From: Candidatus Zixiibacteriota bacterium
GTDB lineage: Bacteria > Zixibacteria > MSB-5A5 > GN15 > FEB-12
DNA: 40,817 bases
Assembly (NCBI GenBank): GCA_034659895.1
Contig: JAYEIF010000193.1
Coordinates: 1-40,817, forward strand
Direction: 5' to 3'
The position numbers and the translations under genes are program-made. Under the pieces are notes generated by a model. It saw only the letters and a program-made list of their open reading frames with translations. It was not told the DNA's origin and did not search any database. Positions 1 through 9,676 of the stretch are shown here, one piece after another; the first letter of the stretch is position 1, and every line of letters begins with the position of its first letter.

Positions 1-180
1 TACTTTATTCAGCAACCTCTAATTATCTTTTCCAATAGTAGAGACCACTACAGAAATATTCCTTTTCAAATATATCTCTTAGAAAACTTCGTCAGCAAGA
101 TTTGTAATCATGAGTAAGACTTTAAAAGTAAGATATAAGTTACAGCGCATCACTACATATCGGTAAATCAAAGAGTAAAT

Positions 181-259
181 AAAAAAACTGGGAGTGGCGG
201 AGGGGGAATACCCGACTCTAACATCAGGTGGCTGGAAATCCAGCGCACACCACTCCCAG
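181..259 (-). other. Structured RNA-like element of unknown identity: a 10-bp closing helix around two tetraloop hairpins, followed by a U-run
   Basis: CTGGGAGTGG (188-197) is the perfect complement of CCACTCCCAG (250-259). Inside are hairpins GGG-AATA-CCC (204-213) and GCTGG-AAAT-CCAGC (231-244). Read on the minus strand, the helix is followed at once by 7 U (181-187). It sits in a ~600-bp AT-rich non-coding stretch. It does not fold as a tRNA. Confidence 0.3.
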
Positions 260-601
260 ATATATTTCTGGGAACAAATCTGTTACAAAATATTAACGCA
301 ATAACTATGCCATCCAAAAAAGAAATATAGATCATAAAAAAAACGCTGTATCTATTAACCTTTACACCATTCACTTATGATAATCAAACAGAAGGGAAAA
401 AGAAACGACCAGAGAAAGCAATGGACATCATTGCAAATCCTGTCATATAATAGGCAATGATTTGCGCATAGATAAAAAGAATGTCACCAATCAACCAACA
501 GATATAAGTTCCCCCTCTTCGAAAAATTGTGCTGTTCAATTGACAGATATAAACAGAAGTATTCCTGAAAGAAAAATCTGCGAGTGAAAACCTATATTTC
601 T

Positions 602-1537
602 CTAACTCTCAAGTTCTTCCAACCGCTTATCTGCCGCCATTGCCGCCGTCGTACCATCGCCGACAGCATTGGTAATCTGACGTACCAATTGAGCCCTTAC
701 ATCGCCACATGCGTAAATACCAGGGATTGAGGTCTCCATATTCTCATTTGTTAATATGTAACCATTTTGATCTTTGCGTAAATCTTCAGACGTAATGTCT
801 GAATTTGGATGGAAACCAACGAACACAAATACAGCCCCAACATCAAGAGTGAACTTGTCTCCCTTTTTGACATTTTTCAGAGAAAGATTAGTTACTTTCT
901 TATCATCTCCATTGATAGATTCCACAACCGAGTCCCAAATAATCTCTATCTTTTCGTTATCGAAAGCTCGTTGTTGAATGACTCTTTGAGCTCGAAGTTG
1001 ATCACGCCTATGGATAATACATACCTTGGAGCCGAACTTCGTAAGGAACATTGCTTCTTCAACTGCGGCATCTCCCCCTCCAACCACAGCGATAACCTGA
1101 TTGCGGAAAAAAGCGCCATCACAGATAGCACAATAGGAAACACCACGTCCAGAATATTCTTTCTCACCTGGAACACGAAGATAAACCGGCGAACCTCCAG
1201 TTGACAGAATCACAGCTTTGGCTCGGTATATTTTACCCGAAGCACAACGTACCACACGGTCGTCACCATCAACAGTAATCTCCTCAACTTCCTCAGAGCC
1301 TACTTCAAGCCCAAACTTCATAGCGTGGTTCGCCATCTTTTGTGCTAATTCGTATCCCGAAATGTGTTCAAAACCCGGGTAATCCTCAACTTCATCAGTG
1401 TTGGCAATTTGCCCTCCCGGCTGGTATTTCTCTAAACATATAACCTTGCGATTTGCTCTAGCCCCATATAACCCAGCAGTCAATCCTCCAGGACCTGCTC
1501 CTACGATAACTATGTCGTATTTCTTCTCTTCAGTCAT
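602..1537 (-). CDS. trxB: Thioredoxin-disulfide reductase
   Basis: 311-aa ORF. It has an FAD-binding GAGPGG near the N-terminus, a redox-active CAICDG (CxxC) motif and the NADPH motif VVGGGDAAVEEA. Length and architecture fit low-Mr TrxR. Confidence 0.95.
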   Translation of the reverse strand: MTEEKKYDIVIVGAGPGGLTAGLYGARANRKVICLEKYQPGGQIANTDEVEDYPGFEHISGYELAQKMANHAMKFGLEVGSEEVEEITVDGDDRVVRCASGKIYRAKAVILSTGGSPVYLRVPGEKEYSGRGVSYCAICDGAFFRNQVIAVVGGGDAAVEEAMFLTKFGSKVCIIHRRDQLRAQRVIQQRAFDNEKIEIIWDSVVESINGDDKKVTNLSLKNVKKGDKFTLDVGAVFVFVGFHPNSDITSEDLRKDQNGYILTNENMETSIPGIYACGDVRAQLVRQITNAVGDGTTAAMAADKRLEELES

Positions 1538-1644
1538 TTGTCATACCTCTATTGGTATATTTTCTGCTTCAATTTGTGCATGTCATATAAAACATCTAAC
1601 CAAAGTCAGTAGTATTTGTTCACTTTTTTCATAAGAAAATATCT

Positions 1645-2196
1645 CTACCAATCAATACCCTTTCTCGCTTGGATACCTTTTTGGAAGGGATGCTTGATTT
1701 CTTTCATCTCTGTAACCAGATCAGCTTTTTCGACCAACCAACTTCTGGCATTTCGTCCGGTAATAATCATGTGTAATCTATCATTCCGAACCTCAAGGAT
1801 TTCCTCGACTTCCTCGTCAGTCACCAATCCAAGATCAACTGCCACATTAAGTTCATCAAGGATAACAAGATCATAGGAGTCTGAACGAACCTTCTCGATG
1901 GCAAGCTTAACTCCTTCTTTTGCTGCTTGTCGGTGTTCCTCAAAATCCTTTCTGTCATTCATAATGCCCACACACCCCTCACCTACTATATGCAGTTCAA
2001 CAAGCGGTCCAAGTTGCTTTAGTCCTTTACGTTCACCATATTTCCAGGTTCCCTTGACAAACTGTATGACACATATTTTCCAATCATGTCCAACAGCACG
2101 TACGCACACCCCTAGAGCAGAGGTTGTTTTACCTTTACCGTCGCCGGTATAGACAATCAGAAACCCCTTCTTTTGTTTTTTTTTATGATTTGTCAT
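1645..2196 (-). CDS. cobO: Cob(I)yrinic acid a,c-diamide (corrinoid) adenosyltransferase, CobO/BtuR type
   Basis: P-loop YTGDGKGKTTSALG, the CVIQFVKG motif and a C-terminal HPF..GI..R.GIDW are typical of the CobA/CobO/BtuR family. I chose the ATG at 2196 because GAGGAAGG lies just upstream. The ORF track extends to a TTG at 2220. Confidence 0.88.
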   Translation of the reverse strand: MTNHKKKQKKGFLIVYTGDGKGKTTSALGVCVRAVGHDWKICVIQFVKGTWKYGERKGLKQLGPLVELHIVGEGCVGIMNDRKDFEEHRQAAKEGVKLAIEKVRSDSYDLVILDELNVAVDLGLVTDEEVEEILEVRNDRLHMIITGRNARSWLVEKADLVTEMKEIKHPFQKGIQARKGIDW

Positions 2197-2408
2197 ACCT
2201 TCCTCACTGTCAATGAGCAAAAAAACTACTCAATTTAGCTCCCAAATTAACTATTTGACATTGAAAGTCAACTGCTGTTGTAAATTGTATTATTAGTATA
2301 ATCATTTCTCCCCTTGGTCCATGTTTTAGTTCATATTTCTGTTTACAGATTGTCCTTTTCCTATTATCTTCGCCTATGAAAATGCAATTTTGAAGGAGTA
2401 TTGACATA

Positions 2409-2963
2409 ATGGCGGTCAAATCAGACGGTTGGATAATTAAAATGGCTCAATCTGAGCGTATGATCGAACCATTTTCTGCTGACCAAGTGAAATCCGGAAT
2501 CAGCTTTGGAGTCTCAAGTTATGGTTATGACTTTCGGCTTTCGGACGAATTCAAAATTCCAATCACCAAAGATCTGTCGGAACTTGACCCAAAAGTTGAC
2601 AATAGTAATTTTTTCTCATCCGTTACTGCTGAATCCATATTAATCCCAGCAAATTCCTTCATTCTTGGCAGGTCGCTGGAGTATTTTAGAATTCCACGTT
2701 CAGTCATAACAATTTGCACAGGTAAATCAACTTATGCACGATGTGGTGTTGTTGCTAACGTTACCCCATTTGAACCTGAATGGGAAGGTTTCGCAACTAT
2801 TTCTCTGGCCAACACCTCACCAATTCCAGTACGAGTATATGCCAACGAAGGCATCGCTCAACTACTCTTTCTTGAAACAGCGGAGGACTGCATTAAATCC
2901 TACAAAGAAAAAAACGGGAAATATCAAAACCAGCAGAAAATTACACTTTCAAAGTTTGATTAA
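2409..2963 (+). CDS. dcd: dCTP deaminase
   Basis: 184 aa. The N-terminus ..SDGWI...ERMIEPF and the SYGYDFRL and PANSFILGRSLEYFRIP blocks match the Dcd/dUTPase-fold family. AGGAG lies 10 nt upstream of the ATG. Confidence 0.88.
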   Translation: MAVKSDGWIIKMAQSERMIEPFSADQVKSGISFGVSSYGYDFRLSDEFKIPITKDLSELDPKVDNSNFFSSVTAESILIPANSFILGRSLEYFRIPRSVITICTGKSTYARCGVVANVTPFEPEWEGFATISLANTSPIPVRVYANEGIAQLLFLETAEDCIKSYKEKNGKYQNQQKITLSKFD

Positions 2964-3016
2964 ATCCCGATATTAATCTATAATACTAATATGATATTTT
3001 TAATAGGAGATTAGAA

Positions 3017-6000
3017 ATGAATGAAGAAGCTTTAGCGCAGACTACTGACAAAAAAATAAATACGAATAATAGGCAAAGGCCAATGATAACAATCGATGGG
3101 AATTCAGCTGCAGCTTACGTTGGCCATGCCACTAACGAAGTGATAGCTATATATCCCATTACTCCATCATCAGTTATGGGAGAAATAGCTGACGCTAGAT
3201 CGGCAGAAGGAAAAACAAATATATTGGGGGCAATCCCTGATGTAGTTGAGATGCAATCAGAAGGGGGTGCATCAGGCGCTGTTCACGGAGCCCTTACTTC
3301 AGGAGCCCTAACCACAACTTTCACTGCCTCTCAAGGCTTGCTCCTTATGATCCCCAATATGTTTAAGATAGCCGGCGAGTTAACACCAACAGTGTTTCAT
3401 GTTTCGGCGCGCTCAGTCGCCACTCACGCTCTGTCCATTTTCGGTGATCACAGCGATGTGATGGCGGTTCGTAGTACTGGATTCGGACTTATTCCGTCTG
3501 GTTCAGTTCAGGAAGTTATGGACATGGCATTGATCGCACAGCGCGCATCACTAGAAAGTCGGATACCATTTGTACATTTCTTTGATGGTTTCCGTACTTC
3601 TCACGAAGTACAAAAGGTAGAGGAACTTAGTTTGGATGACATGCGTGATATGCTTCCGTCTGAATTTATTGTAGCCCAGCGTCAGAGAGCTCTTTCCCCT
3701 GACAATCCAACTATAAAGGGAACTTCGCAAAACCCCGATGTTTTCTTCCAGCATCGTGAAGCGATAAACAAATACTATACAAAAACTCCTGAGATTGTCC
3801 AAAAAGCTATGGACAAGTTTGCCTCCATCGTTGGACGTGAATACCACTTGTTTGACTATATCGGCCATCCTGAAGCAGAACGTGTAATAATAATCATGGG
3901 AACCGGTTCAGAGGTCGTTCATGAATCAGTTGATGCTCTAGTAGACAAAGGTGAAAAAGTTGGGGTTATAAAAGTTCGTCTGTATCGCCCATTTTCAATA
4001 GAAGCTCTTATGAAAGCATTGCCTGCTACGGTAAGGAAAATTGCCGTTATGGATAGGACCAAGGAACCTGGTGCAATTGGTGAGCCGATGTACATCGATG
4101 TACAATCTGCAGCAACAGAAGCTCTTGAAACAGGTATTGCACCCTTTAAGGAATATCCAACTATCGTTGGTGGTCGTTATGGTCTGAGTTCAAATGAGTT
4201 CAATCCCCCGATGGTCAAAGCCATCTTTGACAACTTGAAAAAGGACACCCCCAAAAACCACTTCACTGTCGGCATCAAAGATGATGTAACTATGACATCA
4301 CTCGACCCGGATCTGTCTTTTGATTTGGAAGGAGAAAACTTCCGTGGACTATTCTTTGGTTTAGGCGCTGATGGCACAGTTGGAGCTAACAAGAACTCAA
4401 TTAAGATCATCGGCCAGAATACTGAAAATTATGCACAGGGATATTTCGTCTATGACTCCAAAAAAGCCGGAGCGATTACTGTTTCGCATGTTCGCTTCGG
4501 TAAGGAACTGATTCGGAAACCATACCTGATAACCAACGCACAGTTTGTTGCCTGTCATAATTTCTCATTTCTCGAGAAATACAACATGGTTGGTAAACTG
4601 ATAGAGGGTGGCACATTCCTGTTAAACGCACAGTTTGGTCCAGAGGAAATCTGGGACAATATTCCTAAAGAAGTTCAGCAACAAATTATCGACAAAAAAG
4701 CCAATTTTTACGTAATCGACGGGATAGCTTTAGCAAAGAAACTGGAACTTGGCTCTCGAATTAACATGATAATGCAAACTGCTTTCTTCCTGATTTCTAA
4801 TATCCTTCCAAAAGAGAGTGCTATCAAAGCAATTAAGGATGCAATTGTTAAAACGTATGGCGGAAAAGGTGAGAAAGTTGTCAATATGAATTTCGCGGCT
4901 GTCGATGCGGCTGTTGATGCTCTCAAAAAAGTAAACTATCCCAATAAGGTAACAAGCCAGATCACTATGCCTCCAATCGTACCAGAAGACTCTCCCGAAT
5001 TTGTAAAATCGGTCACTGCAGAAATTATTGCAGGGCGTGGCGACGATCTTCCTGTTTCAGCTTTCCCTGATGATGGCACCTATATGACTGGCACAACACA
5101 GTACGAAAAACGTAATGTTGCAGTGGACATCCCAGTGTGGGATTCTGAGACATGCATCCAGTGCAATATCTGCTCTATCGTCTGTCCCCACGCAGCTATT
5201 CGTCCAAAAATCTTCGAAAAGAAAGATGTGGCGGACGCTCCCCCAGAATTCAAATATGTCGATGCTAAGACTAAAGCTTACAAAGGCTTGTTGTATTCAC
5301 TTCAAGTAGCGCCAGAGGATTGTACTGGATGTGAGAGCTGTATCCATGCTTGTCCGGTAGATGTAAAAGATGCAGATGGTAATAAAACAGGGCGCAAAGC
5401 TATCGAGATGGCTCCGCAACCACCACTGCGTGAACAGGAAAAGAAAAACTGGGACTTCTTTGTCAACAAGTTACCGGAACCCAATCAGGATCTATTCAAA
5501 ATCGGGACAGTTAAAGGATCTCAATTCATGAGACCGCTATTTGAATTTTCTGGCGCCTGTCCCGGATGTGGTGAGACACCATATATCAAACTTATGACAC
5601 AGTTGTTCGGTGATCGCGCCCTGTGCGCAAATGCCACCGGATGCAGCTCTATCTATGGCGGTAACTTGCCAACAACGCCATATTCCAAACGAGCTGACGG
5701 TCTCGGGCCAGCCTGGTCCAACTCTTTGTTTGAAGATACTGCTGAATTTGGCATGGGGATGCGGCTAACCGTAGATCAACTCAATAAATACGCACTTGGG
5801 CTCACAAAGGAACTTGTCCCTGAGATGTACGATGAGCTAAACAATGCGGACCAGAGTGCCCAGAAAGGTATTGAGGAACAGCGCAAGCGGGTTGCGGCTT
5901 TGAAGCAAAAGCTTGAATCGCTCCCTGCAAATGATAGTACCATAGCTCTCAAAAACGTTGCCGATTACCTCGTCAAAAAGTCTGTCTGGGGTATCGGAGG

Positions 6001-6640
6001 AGACGGCTGGGCGTATGATATCGGCTTTGGTGGTCTTGACCATGTGCTTGCGTCCGGTCGAAATATAAACCTTCTTGTGCTTGACACAGAAGTGTATTCA
6101 AACACTGGTGGCCAAATGTCTAAAGCAACACCTCGAGCATCAACAGCCAAATTCGCTTTTGCTGGAAAACCACTGGCCAAGAAAGACCTCGGAATGATGA
6201 TGATGTCTTACGGTAGTGTCTATGTAGCACAAGTTGCTATTGGCGCCAGCAACAACCAAACAGTCAAAGCAATGATGGAAGCTGAGAACTACGACGGTCC
6301 CTCTCTGCTAATCTGCTACAGTCACTGCATCGCCCACGGAATTGATATGGCCAAAGGACTCGAACAAGATGATAAAGCGATTAAATCAGGTGCTTGGCTC
6401 TTATATCGCTACAATCCTGATCTCATTAAGCAAGGAAAGAATCCGCTTAAGATTGACAGTAAGCAACCAAGTATTCCTTTCAGCGAGTATGCATACTCAG
6501 AAAACCGCTTCCGCACTTTGAAGGCTAAGGATCCAGAACGAGCTAAAATGTTGATCGAGCTTAGCCAAAAAGATTGCGATCGCCGCTGGCGGCTGTATTC
6601 ACAATTGGCTGGGCTGGATTACTCGCAAGAAAAAGAGTAG
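3017..6640 (+). CDS. nifJ: Pyruvate:ferredoxin (flavodoxin) oxidoreductase, single-polypeptide PFOR
   Basis: 1207 aa. It has two 4Fe-4S ferredoxin motifs (CIQCNICSIVCP, CTGCESCIHACP), a TPP region GGDGWAYDIGFGGLDH and CPGCGETPY. AGGAGA RBS upstream. Confidence 0.97.
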   Translation: MNEEALAQTTDKKINTNNRQRPMITIDGNSAAAYVGHATNEVIAIYPITPSSVMGEIADARSAEGKTNILGAIPDVVEMQSEGGASGAVHGALTSGALTTTFTASQGLLLMIPNMFKIAGELTPTVFHVSARSVATHALSIFGDHSDVMAVRSTGFGLIPSGSVQEVMDMALIAQRASLESRIPFVHFFDGFRTSHEVQKVEELSLDDMRDMLPSEFIVAQRQRALSPDNPTIKGTSQNPDVFFQHREAINKYYTKTPEIVQKAMDKFASIVGREYHLFDYIGHPEAERVIIIMGTGSEVVHESVDALVDKGEKVGVIKVRLYRPFSIEALMKALPATVRKIAVMDRTKEPGAIGEPMYIDVQSAATEALETGIAPFKEYPTIVGGRYGLSSNEFNPPMVKAIFDNLKKDTPKNHFTVGIKDDVTMTSLDPDLSFDLEGENFRGLFFGLGADGTVGANKNSIKIIGQNTENYAQGYFVYDSKKAGAITVSHVRFGKELIRKPYLITNAQFVACHNFSFLEKYNMVGKLIEGGTFLLNAQFGPEEIWDNIPKEVQQQIIDKKANFYVIDGIALAKKLELGSRINMIMQTAFFLISNILPKESAIKAIKDAIVKTYGGKGEKVVNMNFAAVDAAVDALKKVNYPNKVTSQITMPPIVPEDSPEFVKSVTAEIIAGRGDDLPVSAFPDDGTYMTGTTQYEKRNVAVDIPVWDSETCIQCNICSIVCPHAAIRPKIFEKKDVADAPPEFKYVDAKTKAYKGLLYSLQVAPEDCTGCESCIHACPVDVKDADGNKTGRKAIEMAPQPPLREQEKKNWDFFVNKLPEPNQDLFKIGTVKGSQFMRPLFEFSGACPGCGETPYIKLMTQLFGDRALCANATGCSSIYGGNLPTTPYSKRADGLGPAWSNSLFEDTAEFGMGMRLTVDQLNKYALGLTKELVPEMYDELNNADQSAQKGIEEQRKRVAALKQKLESLPANDSTIALKNVADYLVKKSVWGIGGDGWAYDIGFGGLDHVLASGRNINLLVLDTEVYSNTGGQMSKATPRASTAKFAFAGKPLAKKDLGMMMMSYGSVYVAQVAIGASNNQTVKAMMEAENYDGPSLLICYSHCIAHGIDMAKGLEQDDKAIKSGAWLLYRYNPDLIKQGKNPLKIDSKQPSIPFSEYAYSENRFRTLKAKDPERAKMLIELSQKDCDRRWRLYSQLAGLDYSQEKE

Positions 6641-6662
6641 TCCTAACGAAACAGAACTATCA

Positions 6663-6693
6663 GGGCGTGTCTTTTGAGGCTCGCCCTTTTTTT
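6663..6693 (+). terminator. Rho-independent terminator after PFOR
   Basis: GGGCG (6663-6667) pairs with CGCCC (6682-6686) and is followed by T7 (6687-6693). Confidence 0.7.
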
Positions 6694-7023
6694 GAGATGC
6701 AGATTTTTCTCAAAGACAAATCAAGGAAAAACTCCTGCTTCCGATAATCTCATAAAGCTATATTAGTCAATGAATTCTGAAAGAACCATAAGTCTGACAA
6801 TTATTCTAAACTCAGAAGGTGATTCCAGTAATAATTTTCAGTGGCTTTATTGTTGATTGGAAAGTACACTGGCAATTAAGTTGTAACAAAGAGTGAATCT
6901 ATTGACCCGTTAAGGTTGTAAAAAGATTCAATAGAGTTGACACAAGATTTCTTGTGTATATTTTTGACTGTGTTAGATAATATAAAACGAAGACGAAAGT
7001 CTGTAAATGGAGTTAATTTCTAC

Positions 7024-8031
7024 ATGAATAAATTAACACTCTTAATCATTGGGCTGGTTTTGTTACCGATATTAGCACTTGGAGCCGAAAAGCTTCCAGT
7101 GGACAAAGCTGGTACAATCCCTGCTCCGGAAGGACAAATTGCCTTTATCCGCAATGGAAACATTTGGGCAATGGATTCTGATGGTAGAAACCAGAATATG
7201 ATATGCGAGGCCAACAATGCCGATGGTCGCCTGAGTTGGTCGGCAGATGGGAAAAAAGTTGCATTCACCAGATCAGGTAAGGTAAATTTGAATGGTCCTG
7301 ATCCTGCGATAGGTGGTATGCACAAAGTATACGACATCTTTGTAGCCTGGCTGGATTCAGCTTATGCCAACAACAAAATGTGGTGGACACGCCTTACCGA
7401 CAATCTTGGAAGCCGTGGACCAGAGTGGTCAGCCGACGGCAAGACAATCATCTTTTGCAAAGACATGAATGCTAACATCATCAATGCGCTGGAGCCAAAC
7501 TACCAAATATGTACAATGGGACCGAAAGGTGAAAATCTCCAAGTCCTTCGCAAGGACTGGCAGAATTTTGGTGATGATTTCCTAACAAGTCCATCGCTTA
7601 GTCCAAGTAATGAAATTGCGACGGTAACTATTTACAAAAGACGCCCTGTTGGATTTGCTCTCATTGACAAAGACAACTTTATGGTACCTATAGATACAAT
7701 ACGTGCCCGTGCTCAGGAAAACTCTCAATTAGTAGCACCTGCATGGTCATCTGATGGGAAATGGCTGGCTTACATTAATAACAGCATTGACGACGGCGGA
7801 CTGTATATCGCCAACCAGGATTTGAGTGAACATTATCTTGTCTTTACCCCTCCAGTAGGAGCTTATTTATACACAGTAGCGCCATCATTCTCTCCCGATT
7901 CCAAGTGGTTAACATTCTCGACTACTGATGGTTCGGTTTGGATTTGCGACATTACAGGTAATGGTGCTCGCAGATTGACCGGCCCGGGCTTGGATAAGTT
8001 TCCCGCATGGTCTAAATCAACCCCGAAGTAA
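7024..8031 (+). CDS. Secreted PD40/TolB-like beta-propeller repeat protein
   Basis: Repeated blade motifs SWSADGKKVAF, EWSADGKTIIF, AWSSDGKWLAY and SFSPDSKWLTF. The signal peptide MNKLTLLIIGLVLLPILALGA begins at the ATG at 7024, with GGAG 11 nt upstream. The ORF-track TTG start at 6937 adds a non-signal-like extension. Confidence 0.8.
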   Translation: MNKLTLLIIGLVLLPILALGAEKLPVDKAGTIPAPEGQIAFIRNGNIWAMDSDGRNQNMICEANNADGRLSWSADGKKVAFTRSGKVNLNGPDPAIGGMHKVYDIFVAWLDSAYANNKMWWTRLTDNLGSRGPEWSADGKTIIFCKDMNANIINALEPNYQICTMGPKGENLQVLRKDWQNFGDDFLTSPSLSPSNEIATVTIYKRRPVGFALIDKDNFMVPIDTIRARAQENSQLVAPAWSSDGKWLAYINNSIDDGGLYIANQDLSEHYLVFTPPVGAYLYTVAPSFSPDSKWLTFSTTDGSVWICDITGNGARRLTGPGLDKFPAWSKSTPK

Positions 8032-8058
8032 AAATCCTGAGATAGAAATAAATGTAAA

Positions 8059-8087
8059 AGCCGTCCGTTTCAGGGCGGCTTTTTTTC
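8059..8087. terminator. Hairpin terminator between convergent genes (PD40 protein and pepA)
   Basis: AGCCGTCC (8059-8066) pairs with GGGCGGCT (8073-8080), including one G-U pair. T7 follows on the + strand. An A4 tract precedes it, giving a weaker U-tract for the minus strand. Confidence 0.7.
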
Positions 8088-8107
8088 TGGCAATTGTTAG
8101 CTCACCA

Positions 8108-9601
8108 CTACAACTTTTTCCAGTTTGAAAGGGTCTCTACAAGTAGGCGGAGGCCAAAACCAGTGGTTCCTTTTGGCATATACGGTTTACCCTTTGGCTC
8201 TTGATCAACAGAAGCGATATCAATATGAATCCATGGCCAGTTGCCTATAAATCTTTCGAGAAATGCTGTTGCAGTAATAGTGCCGGCATATTTCCCTCCT
8301 GAATTAACCAAATCAGCCAACGATGATTTCATCTGATCGCGGTGATGATCCCAGATTGGGAGCTGCCATACTCGTTCGGACGTAACGTCAGAAGCATCCT
8401 TCATCCGTTGTATCAGTTTATCATTGTTTCCCAACACCAGAGCACCGGCATAACCAAGAATATATTGCGCCGCACCGGTTAGAGTGGCAATATCAAAAAC
8501 CGCTTGTGGATTGAAAGTATTGGCAAAATCAAGCCCATCAGCCAATATCAAACGCCCCTCGGCATCGGTGTTGATAATTTCTATAGTTAAACCCTTTCTT
8601 GAAGTAACAACATCTCCCGGTTTGACCGCCGAGCCGGATGGAAGATTTTCGGTAGCGGGCATTAACGCTACGATATTAATCGGCAGTTTCAAACGAGCAG
8701 CAACTACAATAGTCATCATTACTGTAGCAGCACCTGCCATATCGCCCCGCATTTCGTGCATTAATAAAGGCACCTTGAGAGAAATACCCCCAGCATCAAA
8801 AGTGACACCCTTACCCAATAACACAATAGGCTTTTGCCCCGATTGACCTCCGGAGTATTCAAGAACAATGAATCTTGGAGGTTCCTCAGATCCACTGGAT
8901 ACCGCCAGTAATGCACCCATCTTTTCGCGTGTAATAGCTTTCTGGTCTAGAATCTTGCTTTTTATGTTATACTTCCGCGCTAATTTCCGCGCCAAAGCAG
9001 CCAGCATCTTAGGGGTTAGATGGTTTGATGGTGTGTTAGCCAAGCTCCGCACCATATTCTGTCCTTCAGCAATGATTTTCCCTCGAGAAACAGCTTTTTC
9101 CAATCGATTCAAAAGGCTCTTATTGTCTATCACAAAGCTGATAGTTTGAAGTTTACTATCATTCAGAGCATCCTCACCAGTTTTGAATTCTCGCTGCTTA
9201 AATCCTCCAAGAAGATAACCTTCAATAGCGCCTTGGTAGAATGCACCATTTTCAGCTTTACCGAAATAAAACGCTGCTGAGATAGACTTCTTCAACCCAG
9301 TAACCTTCGACAAATATCCACCAGCGAGACGATAATTATCTGAATGAATTTCTTCACCTGAGCCTAATCCCACAAGGATAACGCGACGAGCCTTATAACC
9401 TGCAGGATGCATAATCGTAGATACTTGCCCCTCTTTGCCTGCAAACTCGCCTGACTCCAGAAGTGTTTCAACGGCTGAGTTGGAAGCTGTATTCAATTCT
9501 CGCAAAGTCTTGTCAGTGAGTTTTTCAAATTCGGTAACGAATATCACTACACTGTCAACATCACAATTGGCGGGATTGTCAGCTATGTACTTCAGTTTCA
9601 T
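8108..9601 (-). CDS. pepA: Leucyl aminopeptidase (M17 family)
   Basis: 497 aa with the M17 signatures GKGVTFDAGGISLK and NTDAEGRLILAD. Confidence 0.95.
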   Translation of the reverse strand: MKLKYIADNPANCDVDSVVIFVTEFEKLTDKTLRELNTASNSAVETLLESGEFAGKEGQVSTIMHPAGYKARRVILVGLGSGEEIHSDNYRLAGGYLSKVTGLKKSISAAFYFGKAENGAFYQGAIEGYLLGGFKQREFKTGEDALNDSKLQTISFVIDNKSLLNRLEKAVSRGKIIAEGQNMVRSLANTPSNHLTPKMLAALARKLARKYNIKSKILDQKAITREKMGALLAVSSGSEEPPRFIVLEYSGGQSGQKPIVLLGKGVTFDAGGISLKVPLLMHEMRGDMAGAATVMMTIVVAARLKLPINIVALMPATENLPSGSAVKPGDVVTSRKGLTIEIINTDAEGRLILADGLDFANTFNPQAVFDIATLTGAAQYILGYAGALVLGNNDKLIQRMKDASDVTSERVWQLPIWDHHRDQMKSSLADLVNSGGKYAGTITATAFLERFIGNWPWIHIDIASVDQEPKGKPYMPKGTTGFGLRLLVETLSNWKKL

Positions 9602-9676
9602 AATTGTACTCCTTATTTTTTAGAAGAAAGCTATAAAATCTATAGGTGGCAGGCAACTGATTTAATAGAACTATCG

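Noticed and set aside
188-259. Possible tRNA gene: a 7-10-bp acceptor-like helix, about 70 nt long
   Set aside because: The interior cannot form D, anticodon and T arms of proper size. It has only two hairpins, both with 4-nt loops, no T-loop GTTCRANYC-like sequence and no CCA context. It is also too short and lacks the conserved motifs of SRP, 6S, tmRNA or the fluoride riboswitch, as far as I can judge by eye.
168-374. 68-aa ORF on the minus strand
   Set aside because: It runs straight through the structured element, has an odd composition (a PPPP run and hydrophobic junk) and no RBS. It is likely spurious.
367-380. The 14-nt direct repeat CCATTCACTTATGA, also found at 18825-18838
   Set aside because: A handful of exact 14-mers is expected by chance in all-against-all comparison of 40 kb of AT-rich DNA. 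The flanks do not extend the match.
2176-2184. T9 homopolymer (A9 on the coding strand) in the 5' end of cobO, as a possible phase-variation tract
   Set aside because: It simply encodes the KKK of a Lys-rich N-terminus (HKKKQKK). A housekeeping corrinoid adenosyltransferase is an unlikely contingency locus.
6870-6884. TGGCAATTAAGTTGT on the + strand upstream of the PD40 gene, with a second weaker match at 6842-6856
   Set aside because: The -12 box is TTGT or TTGA rather than TTGC, so the conserved GC is missing. It is not reportable as a promoter without experimental support.
6937-7023. N-terminal extensions in the ORF track: the PD40 protein from a TTG at 6937, the PorV-like gene from 18386, the methyltransferase from 24129 and flgI from 36342
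   Set aside because: Internal ATG starts give canonical signal peptides or Shine-Dalgarno spacing, and they remove long gene overlaps.
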